This document shows, in pieces, positions 1-10,223 of a stretch of DNA of 64,000 nucleotides. Each line of letters opens with the position of its first letter. Within the stretch, counting starts at the first letter, position 1. The notes below the pieces were generated by a model. It was not told the DNA's origin and ran no database searches. It worked only from the letters and a program-made list of their open reading frames with translations. A program made the position numbers and the translations under genes. The DNA comes from a bacterium (lineage in GTDB: Bacteria; Patescibacteriota; Microgenomatia; JAMCZE01): positions 287,765 through 351,764 of the forward strand of contig JAKBJL010000001.1 in NCBI GenBank assembly GCA_021836035.1. The letters are read 5' to 3'.

Positions 1-3
1 AAT

Positions 4-426
4 GTGGTATTAAGCGGGACCAAAAGCTCTGTCCAACAGGAAGTTTCCGGGAATGCCCGCTTCCTCACCAAAAAAATTACCCTCTTAATCAGGGGGGCAA
101 CCGCCCTCAATCCTTCCGATTGGGGCGTCAATCTGGCCGCTGATCCGACCAAACAATTTTCCCTAAATGACCCGGCTTACGGGGCGACGGTTTTACAGGT
201 TAATTCTGCCGGGCAGGCAACAATTACTTACGGGGGGTATACCTATGAGCTTAATTCGCCCAAAACCAAAATAACCAACCTTACTTTTATAAATTATTCC
301 AGCGGGGACGGTAAGACGAAAAATATCCAATACAACCTGACGATTGAAGCCAATTACGGTTCCAGCCGCCAGGAGTATCAACAGAACTTAATTTTGGAAG
401 GGGATGCGGAATTAAGATCAAATTAA
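4..426 (+). CDS. Pilin/pseudopilin-like protein, C-terminal part (5' end outside window)
   Basis: ORF open from the window edge; beta-rich tail ending in ...AELRSN; directly upstream of two pilin-like genes. Confidence 0.55.
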   Translation: MVLSGTKSSVQQEVSGNARFLTKKITLLIRGATALNPSDWGVNLAADPTKQFSLNDPAYGATVLQVNSAGQATITYGGYTYELNSPKTKITNLTFINYSSGDGKTKNIQYNLTIEANYGSSRQEYQQNLILEGDAELRSN

Positions 427-427
427 A

Positions 428-811
428 ATGCGCCATAACCGCGGCATGACCGCCTTATCCACCGTTCTGGTTGTTTCGGCAGTGTTGCTTTCTTTGCTGA
501 TAACCGTTACCTATCTTTCCGTGGGAGAAGCGCAGAGCGGATTGGCGGATTTTAAGTCCCAAAGCAGACTCGCTTTGTTGGATGGTTGTGCCGAAGATAT
601 CCTGCAAAAGATTCACGACAATCCCGTTCTCGTAGGCGCTATTAACCGCCCCGAAGGAACCTGTACGATAGCTGCCAATCCGCCCGGAACCGGTCCGACC
701 AATTGGGATTTGACAATCAGTACTGACGCTGCCGATTTTCCCCGGAAACTGCGGGTTACTTTTACCCGCGGGGAAACAGCGATTACTAATATTACCTGGC
801 AGGAAATTTAA
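428..811 (+). CDS. PilX-like minor pilin
   Basis: Class III signal-like N-terminus RG|MTALSTVLVVSAVLL, a Cys pair, and C-terminal WQEI typical of PilX-like proteins. Confidence 0.65.
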   Translation: MRHNRGMTALSTVLVVSAVLLSLLITVTYLSVGEAQSGLADFKSQSRLALLDGCAEDILQKIHDNPVLVGAINRPEGTCTIAANPPGTGPTNWDLTISTDAADFPRKLRVTFTRGETAITNITWQEI

Positions 812-817
812 TGGGTC

Positions 818-847
818 TTGACAGTGGTTAAAAAGTTATATTAAGCT
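818..847 (+). promoter_or_regulatory. Sigma70-type promoter for the pilin gene
   Basis: TTGACA (818-823), 18 bp spacer, TAAGCT (842-847), 10 nt before ATG 858. Confidence 0.55.
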
Positions 848-857
848 GGTAACAGTC

Positions 858-1349
858 ATGAAAAAATCTGCCCGCTCCGCTTTCACCCTAATTGAACTTC
901 TGGTAGTCATTGCCATTATTTCCGCTTTAGCCGTTACTGTTTTCGTTGCCCTTAATCCGGCCCAAAGGCTGAAGGAATCCCGGGATGCCCGGAGAGCTGC
1001 GGATGTGGATTCAATTTTAACGGCGATCCACCAGTATATTGTAGACAACAAGGGAGTGACTACCGGTTTGGGGTTAACTGCAGCCGATCAGCAATTGGGA
1101 ACTGATACTAGTGGTTGCGCGATGAGTACTGGTGGGTGTGCCGTAATCGCTACCTCCTGCCTGGATCTTTCGGGTGCTACTTTGTTAGGAAAGTATCTGA
1201 AGTCTATACCGATAGATCCGCTTGCCGGAACTGCGGGTAAGACAAATTATGCTGTCTCCATGGATGCCAACGGCTTGGTAACGGTTAAAGCTTGCGCCAC
1301 CGGTACCGGTACAGCTGAAGGAACAACCAATATCTCCGCCTCCCGCTAA
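858..1349 (+). CDS. Type IV pilin (prepilin N-methylation motif)
   Basis: SA|FTLIELLVVIAIISAL with E5; ARRAADV..I..A helix; IPIDP motif. Confidence 0.9.
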   Translation: MKKSARSAFTLIELLVVIAIISALAVTVFVALNPAQRLKESRDARRAADVDSILTAIHQYIVDNKGVTTGLGLTAADQQLGTDTSGCAMSTGGCAVIATSCLDLSGATLLGKYLKSIPIDPLAGTAGKTNYAVSMDANGLVTVKACATGTGTAEGTTNISASR

Positions 1350-1397
1350 ATCTTCGATCCGCTTCTGGTTACTTTGATGGAGATGCTAAAATAGTTT

Positions 1398-2474
1398 ATG
1401 TCTTTATTTACTGCCCGGGCGGTTATTTACCTTCGGCGGCAGCTTCTGGAAATGTATAACCTCTCCGGAGGGTTAATCCAAACAGTTACCTACCCTTCGG
1501 AAATAGTAGCTAATGAAGAGATCCTGGACCGGGCGAAATTTGTCCAGCTGATAAAAAATTCCCTGACAGAAAGGGCAGGTATTCCCGAATATGAAGCTAC
1601 CCTCGTTCTCTCCGAAGAGTTGTTATTCCAAAAAACGTTTTCCACGGGTTCTCCGGAGGAGACAAAACCCGAAGCGGAAGCCTTTTATAGCGAAATTCCC
1701 TTTGCGGCGGAAAAATTGGTAAAAAAAGAAATCAATCTCGGCCGCGAGACCCGGCTGATTGCGACCAATAAGGAGGTATTTACCGTGATTAAGGAAGTCC
1801 TGCAGTCTGCCGGATGGAAGGTAAAGGCTATCATTCCTGTAACTTTAGTGAATGATTTTAGCCGGGGTGAAGGGCTTAATCCCGGGGATATTAAACATAT
1901 TCTTAAAAGTAATTTTTTGGTAAAAGATGCGGATTTTCTTACGGCCGACGGAGCGGATATTTCCCCGGCGGTAGCTTATCGCCAGCTGCCGGAAGAAAAT
2001 AACAAACTGCTGTTTCTGCTTTTGGCCCTGGTAAGCATTGCCGCCGGTTTTACCGTTACCTGGTTTGTCTCCCGGGGGAAGATCCCTCAAATAAACAAAT
2101 TTTTGCCGCAAAAATCCGCTGGCGCGCCTGCGGCCAAACCTACGGCGACTAAGGAGACGAAGACAACACCGGTAAGCACTCCTTCGGCCGCATTTAAAAA
2201 GAAAGCAGAGCTGAAAATATTAGTGCTGAACGGGAGCGGAGTTATCGGGCAGGCAGGATTAGTGAAAAAGAATTTGACGTCGTTGGGATTTACCAATATC
2301 GAGGTGGGAGATGCGCCGCAGGAGAAAAATACCACAACGGCAGATTTTAGCGCTCAGGTTTCTTACGCGGAGCGCTCGGAGATCACGAAAGAATTAAAAA
2401 AGGAGTTTACAGAGGTTACGGAACAGGTTGCTACTGCTTCGGCTGAAGACGTACTGATTATAACGGGGAAGTAA
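1398..2474 (+). CDS. Membrane-anchored protein with PilM-like N-terminal region and C-terminal LytR_C domain
   Basis: Single TM, P/T/A linker, KILVLNGSGVIGQAG and DVLIITGK (LytR_C signature). Confidence 0.7.
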   Translation: MSLFTARAVIYLRRQLLEMYNLSGGLIQTVTYPSEIVANEEILDRAKFVQLIKNSLTERAGIPEYEATLVLSEELLFQKTFSTGSPEETKPEAEAFYSEIPFAAEKLVKKEINLGRETRLIATNKEVFTVIKEVLQSAGWKVKAIIPVTLVNDFSRGEGLNPGDIKHILKSNFLVKDADFLTADGADISPAVAYRQLPEENNKLLFLLLALVSIAAGFTVTWFVSRGKIPQINKFLPQKSAGAPAAKPTATKETKTTPVSTPSAAFKKKAELKILVLNGSGVIGQAGLVKKNLTSLGFTNIEVGDAPQEKNTTTADFSAQVSYAERSEITKELKKEFTEVTEQVATASAEDVLIITGK

Positions 2475-2485
2475 ATTGCTGAAAG

Positions 2486-2872
2486 TTAACCGGTGTGGCT
2501 GCCGATTTTTTCGATCATTTCGTGAATCGAAAGATCGGTTTTAACCAAATAGTCTACCGCTCCCAGCTCGCGGGCACGCTGTCGGTCCTCTTCCTGGCTT
2601 AAACTGGAAAGAATGATGCATTTAATATCCTTGAGTTTTTCGTCCGCCTTGATTTCCGCGAGGGCTTCGAAACCATCCATGGTTGGCATAACCAGGTCCA
2701 GGAGCATAAGATCGGGTTTCCGTTTACGGGCTTCTTCCACCGCTTTTTCTCCGTCGCCGACAACCAGGACATCGTAGCCGACACTGCTAAGTTTGGTTTT
2801 ATAAATATTGGCGTAGAATTTATCGTCTTCGGCAACGAGAATATATTTTTTCTGGCCGGTTGCTTCGTCCAT
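2486..2872 (-). CDS. Single-domain response regulator (receiver)
   Basis: ILVAEDD, DLMLLDLVMPTMDG, ILSS, YLVK; likely start at MDEATG. Confidence 0.9.
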   Translation of the reverse strand: MDEATGQKKYILVAEDDKFYANIYKTKLSSVGYDVLVVGDGEKAVEEARKRKPDLMLLDLVMPTMDGFEALAEIKADEKLKDIKCIILSSLSQEEDRQRARELGAVDYLVKTDLSIHEMIEKIGSHTG

Positions 2873-2899
2873 AATTAACCCATTAATACTATACATCCT

Positions 2900-4492
2900 T
2901 TATTGTTCCTCCGCTACCTTAATCGGTATTTCAATATAAAAAGTTGACCCCTTGCCTTCCTGGCTTTCAAACCAGGTCTTACCGCCCCAGCTTTCGGCGT
3001 AAGACTTCACGACGAACAGCCCCAGACCGGTGCCCTCGGTTTCACTCCTGACGGCATTGTCCGCCCGGAAGAAGCGGGAGAAGATTCGCCCCTGGTCTTT
3101 TTGGGGAATGCCAATGCCGTTATCGGCAACGCTGATTTTGACCTTATCCTGGGACGATTCGACGACCACAAAAACCTCCCCGTTTTGGATACTGTATTTG
3201 ACGGCGTTGGACAAAAGGTTCTCAATTGCTTCCCGGAAGCGCTTAGGGCCGACCAGCACCCGGGGATTGGGATTGCCTTTAATTTCCATGCTCAGGGAAA
3301 CGGACTTGCGCTGAGCGACCGCTTTGATTTCCGTGATACTATCGGAAACAATCGGGACAATTTCTGTCATTTCCAACTGGTCTATGGCTTTTCCCTGGTC
3401 AATACGGGAAACGTCCAGCAGGTCGTCTACCAAAGCGACCATGCGCTTGTTGCTGTCTAGCACCTGTTCGAGAATGTTTTTCGCCTCTTTGGGTATTTCT
3501 CCGTAGTCACCGTCTAAAAGCATTTCCAAATTCCATTTCATGCTGCCCAGCGGTGTCCGCATCTGGTGGGAAGCAATACTGATAAAAGTATTTTTCGCCC
3601 GGTCGATATCTTTTTCTTTAGAAATATTCCGGAAGAGAATGACATTGCCGATTACCTGGCCGTTGAGAATCGCGGAGGAAGAAGTGATCCCGGCGGGGAA
3701 CTTGGTCCCGTCTTTTTTGATCAGATAGAAATCGGTGGTGCTGGATTTGGAATAGGCCAGAAGGGACTTCGGCACCGGTTTACCAGCGGGATCCAGGTTT
3801 TCCTGTTCATATTCAATGGGGGCGACTTCAGTTACTGGCCTTCCGGCTACTTCTTCCGTCCGGTAGCCCAACATCTCTAAGGCGGGCTGATTAATCAGGA
3901 CGATTTTTTGCTGCTGGTCAGTGACAATTAAGCCGTCACCGATACTTCTCAGGATCGCCTCGTTGCGGACTTCCTGGTGTTCCGATTGGGAATCGGCAGG
4001 AGGCCTTTCCGGGGTTTTGGTAGGAGCGGGAACTGCCTCTGGTTGTTGGTTGCCGGCAGTATCCGGCCGGGGAAAATTTTTAATTGTCAGAACGATCTGG
4101 TTAGCTGCCGGAATAACCCGGGCGTTAATTTCTACGGTTACCGGTCCGCCGGGGAGGATTAAATTCCGGCTGCCGCTGATCACGGCGAAGTCGTTTGTAA
4201 GCAGTGGCTTGAGAAAATCTTCCGCTTTGCTAATAGCACCGTTCTCCATGAGGGAAAGCGCATTCCCGACCGGGAGGTGAACCAATTGTTCGGCGGACTT
4301 GCCCATTAACTGGCAGAAAATTTTATTGACAAAATTGATTTTTAAATCTTTCCCAATAACGACCACCCCGTCCTGGAGATTAGCTGTGACTAAGTCAATA
4401 CTGTCGGCAGCTGGTCCGGAACCCGAAAAAATACCAAAAGCTTTACTTAGGGCTTCAAACATAATTCTTTCCCAAGACCGGAGGTACTCCAT
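2900..4492 (-). CDS. Cytoplasmic PAS-PAS sensor histidine kinase
   Basis: Two PAS-like segments, SHQMRTPL H-box, NLLSNAVKY N-box, DNGIG, GTGLGL; true start probably 4492 or 4462 rather than 4693. Confidence 0.9.
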   Translation of the reverse strand: MEYLRSWERIMFEALSKAFGIFSGSGPAADSIDLVTANLQDGVVVIGKDLKINFVNKIFCQLMGKSAEQLVHLPVGNALSLMENGAISKAEDFLKPLLTNDFAVISGSRNLILPGGPVTVEINARVIPAANQIVLTIKNFPRPDTAGNQQPEAVPAPTKTPERPPADSQSEHQEVRNEAILRSIGDGLIVTDQQQKIVLINQPALEMLGYRTEEVAGRPVTEVAPIEYEQENLDPAGKPVPKSLLAYSKSSTTDFYLIKKDGTKFPAGITSSSAILNGQVIGNVILFRNISKEKDIDRAKNTFISIASHQMRTPLGSMKWNLEMLLDGDYGEIPKEAKNILEQVLDSNKRMVALVDDLLDVSRIDQGKAIDQLEMTEIVPIVSDSITEIKAVAQRKSVSLSMEIKGNPNPRVLVGPKRFREAIENLLSNAVKYSIQNGEVFVVVESSQDKVKISVADNGIGIPQKDQGRIFSRFFRADNAVRSETEGTGLGLFVVKSYAESWGGKTWFESQEGKGSTFYIEIPIKVAEEQ

Positions 4493-4520
4493 ATAAATAT
4501 ACCATAAGTTATGCATATCT

Positions 4521-4697
4521 ATGCATTTAATCAGACAAATTTTAGATGCTAACTTTTTCTTTAACGGCCTCTCCGGAGCGGGTTTGGGGCTGATTCTTGC
4601 CACTATTCTTCCGGATTTTCTTATCACAGGCATAATTCTATTAGTAACCGGATTATTGGTTGCTGATGTTTCTGACCGGCTGATTTCCGGCATCTAG
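4521..4697 (+). CDS. Small two-TM membrane protein (58 aa, not in the ORF track)
   Basis: Manual translation MHLIRQILDANFFFNGLSGAGLGLILATILPDFLITGIILLVTGLLVADVSDRLISGI*. Confidence 0.55.
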   Translation: MHLIRQILDANFFFNGLSGAGLGLILATILPDFLITGIILLVTGLLVADVSDRLISGI

Positions 4698-4756
4698 ATT
4701 GGTTCTCCCCTTGCAAATATAGAGATCACCATCTATACTACTTGGCGATCGTTTTT

Positions 4757-5014
4757 ATGCGTCTTAATTGCGTCAGCTGTTATAAGCTTCTCTCGACCAC
4801 GCAGCGTTACCGGATTTTCGAATACCTGCGCCAGGGTAAAAAGAAAATGACCGTATCCGCTTTGGTCAAAATGACCGCGCTTAAGCAGCCTACGGTTACT
4901 TTTCATATCGACGAGTTAGCCAAAAGGGGGTTATTAAAAAAAGTGAAAGTGGGGAGGAATGTTTATTGCCGGGCTACGAGGCGCTGCGCCCGCTGTCCGC
5001 TGTTTGCCGTTTAA
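4757..5014 (+). CDS. ArsR/SmtB-family winged-helix regulator with terminal Cys motifs
   Basis: RYRIFEYL...LKQPTVTFHIDELAKRGLL...GRNVY; CVSC at the N-terminus and CARC at the C-terminus. Confidence 0.8.
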   Translation: MRLNCVSCYKLLSTTQRYRIFEYLRQGKKKMTVSALVKMTALKQPTVTFHIDELAKRGLLKKVKVGRNVYCRATRRCARCPLFAV

Positions 5015-5546
5015 GAAATTCTTCGGGGGTAAGCCACACCGGTTGAGGAACATTCTGATAATGAGTATTAGGAGCTAAATTTAGTTGACCGCTTTCGTCG
5101 GTTAAATAAAAAGCGAACCCGTGGCGTTCGGTTATTTCTTCATAGTCTGCCGGCTGATGTGCGGTTTTCCAGTTGTCATAAATTAATAACGGGTTATCAC
5201 CGGTATTGATGCTGGTGTGCCCATAAACCGGAGGAACGGTAATTTTATCTCCCGCTTTTACCATGATTAACAGGACTTCGGTAATTTGCCCGCTCTCTTT
5301 TTTCTGCAGGAGAATTATTCCTTTACCGGAAAGAATGTAGGAGGTCTCCGCAACGGGCGTGCTATGGTAGTGGCCATAGGTTTTAGGGTATTCGGAGCCG
5401 AATTTTTCGGCCGGGATAATTGTTAAACTGGACCAATCTCCGCCGATATCCCGGAAGACCCAATATGCCGGATCGGGTCCGGAAGCAGTCGGTTCTTTAA
5501 GCACGGGCCGCAATTCTTCCGGAGTTTTAATTGTTGCTAATTTCAT
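4974..5546 (-). CDS. Cupin-type (archaeal-type) glucose-6-phosphate isomerase
   Basis: EYPKTYGHYH, E, VPPVYGHTSINTG, and DYEEI..RHGFAFY motifs. Confidence 0.8.
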   Translation of the reverse strand: MKLATIKTPEELRPVLKEPTASGPDPAYWVFRDIGGDWSSLTIIPAEKFGSEYPKTYGHYHSTPVAETSYILSGKGIILLQKKESGQITEVLLIMVKAGDKITVPPVYGHTSINTGDNPLLIYDNWKTAHQPADYEEITERHGFAFYLTDESGQLNLAPNTHYQNVPQPVWLTPEEFLKRQTADSGRSAS

Positions 5547-5565
5547 TTGTCTCCATTATATACTC

Positions 5566-7449
5566 TTAGCTGGCTCCGCCGCCACCGCCTCCGTCGCCGC
5601 CACCGCCTCCGCCGGAAAATCCCCCGCCCCCGCCGGAACTAAATGAGGAATTTAAAGCGGAAGTCATCCCGGAAAAACTTTGGGCCAGGGAAGTGCCGAA
5701 GTCCAAACCGATACCGCTTACGGAATCTGCCGCGAAAACATTACCTTGTACGTCCGTGGCATAAAACCACACGGGGTAAGCTGCTCCCGGTTGGTTTAAA
5801 ATCAGGGGTAAATATTCAGCTACTTTTTTCGCTACTCCCAAGGCTGTCCCGTAAACTAACATTTCTTCCCAGATGGTTAAAGCCCGGGGAAGCTCATCCT
5901 TAAAATGGGAAAAGTCCACCAGAAAATGCTTAAAGCCTTGCCATTGCTTCGCTTCTGCTTCTGCAGGTTTCGTCCAGCGCAGCATCAATCTGCTGGCCGG
6001 CATCATCGTAACCGGAAAAATCGTCAAGAGCACGAAGATAAGCAAAAATAGGTTATCCAGGAATTGTCTCTGATAAAGAACCAGAATTATCACCGCAAAG
6101 AGGAAAAGCAGTATCGTGGAAAGCAAAAAGATCTTTTGCCACTTTTTACTCTCTTCTTCGACGAAATCCTTCCGGTCGGCTTCTTTTTTAACTAATTTAC
6201 TCCAGTTTTCGAAGAAGGCCCGGGTAGTACTCCAATCTTTTTCCATTTGCGCTTTTAGTATTTCTAGGGGAACAGCCCTCATTTGCCGATCCTCAGACAC
6301 GAAGATAAAAGAAATTAACTCTTTTTCATAATCAGCAAGGCTGTTGTTCACCCCGTAATTACCGTCCTGGAGACGTAATATATAATCATATTTTCTTCCG
6401 CCCCCGATTCCTAAAATACCTTTTTTAGAAGACTCCCGGGCTTCGATTTTCAGAACTTTACGCCGGGCTAAATCCAAAAGGGTAGCTGAGAAAGAGTTGG
6501 GAGTTACAGTTTCCTCCTGGGAAAGCAGGGCTTCGACCAGCGCCGGAGGAGTTTTGCTGGGAGGGAAATGGACGTAGCGGGGAATATCCTCCAGGCGATA
6601 TTCCTGTCCGTGCTTTTTCCAGATATAAATCCAAAAGATTATCCAGCCGAAGAGGAACAATACGCTGAAGCCCAAAATACTCAGCTTTAGCAATCCCGTA
6701 AGCCTGGTTTGCTGTTGGATTTGTTGCTCTTCCGCTTTAACCTGAGGCAAACGGTCTTCGGCAACTGCCGGACCGGTCAAGATATCTGCCGGGAAAAGTT
6801 CCCGGATTTCCACAAAGGTTTTCGGCGGGACATCGGAAACAGCAAAAACAGCGGTTTGTCCGTCGATAATTTCCGCCCGCCCGCCCTGCGGACCGTGCCC
6901 CCAGATATAAATGTTCTCCCGGCCGACATCCTGAGGTAATTTGACCGTGACCGTAACTTTATCCGTTTTGGCTCCCCAGCCGTCGCCGATTGCTTTCCAG
7001 TAAAACTCACCGACATCCCGGTATTTTTGGACCGCGTTGGTTAAATGATAGGAAAGCCTAAAAGTTTTCGTGATGTTTAGCGAAGAATGATAGGCTTCAA
7101 TATGCAAGCTATTTCCGGTCCTAATTACCGCAAATTTATGGAGCGGTCGGGAACTGTCTAAGGCGGGTATTTGCTCATAAAAGATGCTCCCGGCGGGGCT
7201 GTCTTCTCTAAAAGTAACCCCGCTGATTAGTTGGTTGGCCCGTAGGGGAATATCCCAATAAATTTGAGTGAAGCTGCCCCGGAAATCGGTAGCGCGCCGC
7301 TCGGTAAAATCAACGCTTTTGTCCCGGTTGACGGTAATATTCAGGGAAACAGCGGGAAAATAAAAGCTTTTACTTTCCGCCCGCACCGGAGCAGAAAAGC
7401 GGAAGAAAGCAAAAATTACCAGGAGTAAAACAGCAATTTTCTTCATCAA
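5566..7449 (-). CDS. DUF2207-family membrane protein
   Basis: Signal peptide, EFYWKAIG, WGHGP, W.GFKHFL, YGTALGV and a Gly-rich GGGGFSGGGGGG tail. Confidence 0.85.
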   Translation of the reverse strand: MMKKIAVLLLVIFAFFRFSAPVRAESKSFYFPAVSLNITVNRDKSVDFTERRATDFRGSFTQIYWDIPLRANQLISGVTFREDSPAGSIFYEQIPALDSSRPLHKFAVIRTGNSLHIEAYHSSLNITKTFRLSYHLTNAVQKYRDVGEFYWKAIGDGWGAKTDKVTVTVKLPQDVGRENIYIWGHGPQGGRAEIIDGQTAVFAVSDVPPKTFVEIRELFPADILTGPAVAEDRLPQVKAEEQQIQQQTRLTGLLKLSILGFSVLFLFGWIIFWIYIWKKHGQEYRLEDIPRYVHFPPSKTPPALVEALLSQEETVTPNSFSATLLDLARRKVLKIEARESSKKGILGIGGGRKYDYILRLQDGNYGVNNSLADYEKELISFIFVSEDRQMRAVPLEILKAQMEKDWSTTRAFFENWSKLVKKEADRKDFVEEESKKWQKIFLLSTILLFLFAVIILVLYQRQFLDNLFLLIFVLLTIFPVTMMPASRLMLRWTKPAEAEAKQWQGFKHFLVDFSHFKDELPRALTIWEEMLVYGTALGVAKKVAEYLPLILNQPGAAYPVWFYATDVQGNVFAADSVSGIGLDFGTSLAQSFSGMTSALNSSFSSGGGGGFSGGGGGGDGGGGGGAS

Positions 7450-7504
7450 ATTAAGTATAATCCCGCTCGTTGCTTTTTGGGAATTTTAGGGATAGTATCA
7501 AATT

Positions 7505-7933
7505 ATGAGCAGCAAAATGGATTGGTATAAAGTCAGTATGTATCTGGCGCTTTTCGGCATCGTCTTAGCCCTTTATCTTTTCTATGAATACCTGGCTCCG
7601 GTACATAGGTCGCTTTGTTATGTCAATTCCACTATAAACTGCGAGGCTTCGACGAAGGGGCCGCTGGCTCATACTTTGGGAATTCCTACGGCGCTTTGGG
7701 GTTTGACTGGCTACGTGATAATTTTAATCTCCTCACTGAAGAAATGGCCGAGATTGCTTTGGGGGATGGCTACTTTCGGCCTTCTTTTTTGCCTGCGGAT
7801 TACCTTCCTGGAAATATTTGTGGTCAAAGCCATCTGCCCGGTTTGTCTTGCCTGCCAGATCGATATGCTCGCCTTGTTTACCCTAGGCTTTCTCTTATAC
7901 AGACAATCCCCACCTGCTTCCGAAGTTAAATAG
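7505..7933 (+). CDS. Vitamin K epoxide reductase (VKOR) family protein
   Basis: Loop Cys pair CYVNSTINC and active-site CPVC, with TM helices. Confidence 0.85.
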   Translation: MSSKMDWYKVSMYLALFGIVLALYLFYEYLAPVHRSLCYVNSTINCEASTKGPLAHTLGIPTALWGLTGYVIILISSLKKWPRLLWGMATFGLLFCLRITFLEIFVVKAICPVCLACQIDMLALFTLGFLLYRQSPPASEVK

Positions 7934-8024
7934 GAAATAAGATAGAAAAGAGAAGAGAATCTCGCGGTCGCTTTTGCTTTCTTATATTTTATTCCTTATA
8001 TTTTATATATAGTTGATGTAGGGG

Positions 8025-9266
8025 TTGCCCGTGGAAAAGATCAGAAGATTTTTGAGGCGCCTTGGTCCCGGTCTTATTACCGGGGCGGCTGATGATGATC
8101 CCTCGGGAATAGCGACTTATAGTCTTGCAGGAGCGCAGTTCGGCTATCAGGCCCTCTGGACCGCCTGGTTAACTTTTCCCCTGATGGCGGTAATTCAGGA
8201 AACCTGCGCCCGTATCGGACTGGTAAACCGGAAAGGTTTAGCCGGAGTAATAAAAGAATATTACCCCAAACCGCTTTTATATTTCATTACCTTGCTTTTG
8301 GTAGCGGCGAATATTTTTAACATCGGTGCGGACCTTTCCGGCATGGCGGCGGCCGTTAAATTATTACTGCCGGTGGATGAGCTCCTGGTCGGATTTATCA
8401 TTGCCGTGGTGGCGATTTTTTTGATTATTCAGCTGCCTTATCGCCGGATTGCCGCCGTCTTTAAATGGCTGACCCTTGCCTTGTTTGCTTATATCCTGAC
8501 CTATTTTCTAACGGGAGCGGATTTTGTTAAGGCCCTACAAAGTACTTTTCTTCCCGACTTGAATTTATTTAATCAAAACTCTTATCTTTTGACTTTAGTC
8601 GCCATATTCGGAACGACGATTTCTCCCTATCTTTTTTTCTGGCAGGCAAGCGAAGAGGCAGAGGAGGAAATCCTGCATCACCGCCTGGTAACAAAAAACG
8701 AGCTGAAGCATGAGCGGGAAGATACGGTTTTCGGGATGTTTTTTTCTAACCTCGTGGCTTACTTTGTCATTGCCACCTGCGGGGCTACCCTTTTTAAGGC
8801 TGGGGCAACCGGGATCCAATCGGCTTCCCAAGCCGCTACGGCCTTACGACCCCTTGCCGGGGATTTGTCATTTCTGCTTTTCGCCGTCGGAATTATCGGG
8901 ACGGGGGTATTGGCAATTCCGGTTTTAGCCGGCTCAGCAGCTTACGCCGTTTCCGAAGCGTTCGGTCTGGCCGAAGGTTTAAATAAGCCTTTCCGGAAAG
9001 CGAAAGCTTTTTATTTGATAATCATCCTGGCTACGCTTTTGGGTTTCGTTCTTAATCTGGCGGGAATTAATCCTATTAAATATCTTTTTTATTCTGCCGT
9101 TCTGAACGGGTTAGTTGCCCCGGTCATTATTATTTTGTTAATTATCATTGCCAATAACCGCAGGATTATGGGAAATTATGTTAATAACCGACTGAGCAAT
9201 CTGCTCTCTGCTTTTACCCTGCTCCTGATGACCGTGGCGGTTTTAGGGATTATCCTGGTGCGCTAG
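8025..9266 (+). CDS. NRAMP-like divalent metal transporter
   Basis: [21 protein letters not shown] and [12 protein letters not shown]. Confidence 0.85.
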   Translation: MPVEKIRRFLRRLGPGLITGAADDDPSGIATYSLAGAQFGYQALWTAWLTFPLMAVIQETCARIGLVNRKGLAGVIKEYYPKPLLYFITLLLVAANIFNIGADLSGMAAAVKLLLPVDELLVGFIIAVVAIFLIIQLPYRRIAAVFKWLTLALFAYILTYFLTGADFVKALQSTFLPDLNLFNQNSYLLTLVAIFGTTISPYLFFWQASEEAEEEILHHRLVTKNELKHEREDTVFGMFFSNLVAYFVIATCGATLFKAGATGIQSASQAATALRPLAGDLSFLLFAVGIIGTGVLAIPVLAGSAAYAVSEAFGLAEGLNKPFRKAKAFYLIIILATLLGFVLNLAGINPIKYLFYSAVLNGLVAPVIIILLIIIANNRRIMGNYVNNRLSNLLSAFTLLLMTVAVLGIILVR

Positions 9267-9686
9267 TTTAGAGGTGCAATTCGGGCAACGGGTAGCTTTA
9301 AGGGGAATAGTGGTTCGGCAAAAGGGACAGGGTTTGGTATCCGGGGCTTGGGGGGGCTTATGGTGCAGGCGGTTAATCCAGCGGATGAGAAGGAAAATAA
9401 CTAGCGCTACGATGAGGAAATTAATAAGATTATTAATAAACAAACCGTAGTCGATCGTTACCGCACCTGCCGCCCTGGCGGCTGCCAGACTGGGATAGCT
9501 TTTTCCCGATAGGTTTAAATAAAGGTTGCTGAAATTAACTTTCCCAAGCATCAGCCCGAAAGGGGGCATGATAATGTCGTTAACCAGGGAATTGATGACC
9601 TGGTTAAAAGCAGCTCCGATAACAATACCGACGGCCAGATCAATTACATTTCCCCGGAGGGCAAATTCTTTAAATTCCCTGAGCAT
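9243..9686 (-). CDS. mscL: Large-conductance mechanosensitive channel with C-terminal Cys4 ribbon
   Basis: [24 protein letters not shown]; CPFC...CPNC tail. Confidence 0.92.
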   Translation of the reverse strand: MLREFKEFALRGNVIDLAVGIVIGAAFNQVINSLVNDIIMPPFGLMLGKVNFSNLYLNLSGKSYPSLAAARAAGAVTIDYGLFINNLINFLIVALVIFLLIRWINRLHHKPPQAPDTKPCPFCRTTIPLKATRCPNCTSKLAHQDNP

Positions 9687-10119
9687 AACCCAATTTTAGC
9701 ATATTAATATTTTTGACTGAGATCCAGGCTGACATGGCGCTGAAACCGGACTTCTTAATTTTAAAGGGGGTAATTTGCCGGGGATTTTCAAGAAAAATAA
9801 GGAGGCAGTACCTTTTGTTTTTGAATAATTTATAAAAGAGGGGGATTTCTTTTGGTCCGATCCCGTTGTCCCGGCCGAACCGGCGGAGAATGGTCAGGAT
9901 TTTGCGGGGAGTGAGCTCTTGATATTGTAGAACTTTCCTTACCTGCGCTTGAACCGTCACCGGCGCGCCGGAATTTTTAAAGTAGATAGTGTCTCCGGGC
10001 TTAACTTGACCCCAGGGTGTGCGTTTGGTTCGATACCAGCGGGATTCGATGGTTTTTTCGCCGGAGAGAATTTTAGGCAGGAATTGCCAGGATTTTCTCA
10101 TAATGGCCAAATGTTTCAT
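9670..10119 (-). CDS. ASCH-domain protein
   Basis: [11 protein letters not shown] (GxKxxExR) and GDTIYFK. Confidence 0.8.
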   Translation of the reverse strand: MKHLAIMRKSWQFLPKILSGEKTIESRWYRTKRTPWGQVKPGDTIYFKNSGAPVTVQAQVRKVLQYQELTPRKILTILRRFGRDNGIGPKEIPLFYKLFKNKRYCLLIFLENPRQITPFKIKKSGFSAMSAWISVKNINMLKLGYAQGI

Positions 10120-10223
10120 GAGATATATTGTACTACTGGGATCCGCTTATACCATCTTGTAAGATTCCGCAATTTTTAGCAATATCTAGAAAGATCAGGA
10201 AAATTCTGCCATGATAAAACTAT

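Noticed and set aside
4493-4693. N-terminal extension of the 597-aa kinase ORF
   Set aside because: It is the antisense of a more plausible 58-aa membrane ORF and does not look like a sensor domain.
5566-5640. GC-rich CCGCC repeat tract
   Set aside because: Encodes the ordinary Gly-rich tail of DUF2207 proteins.
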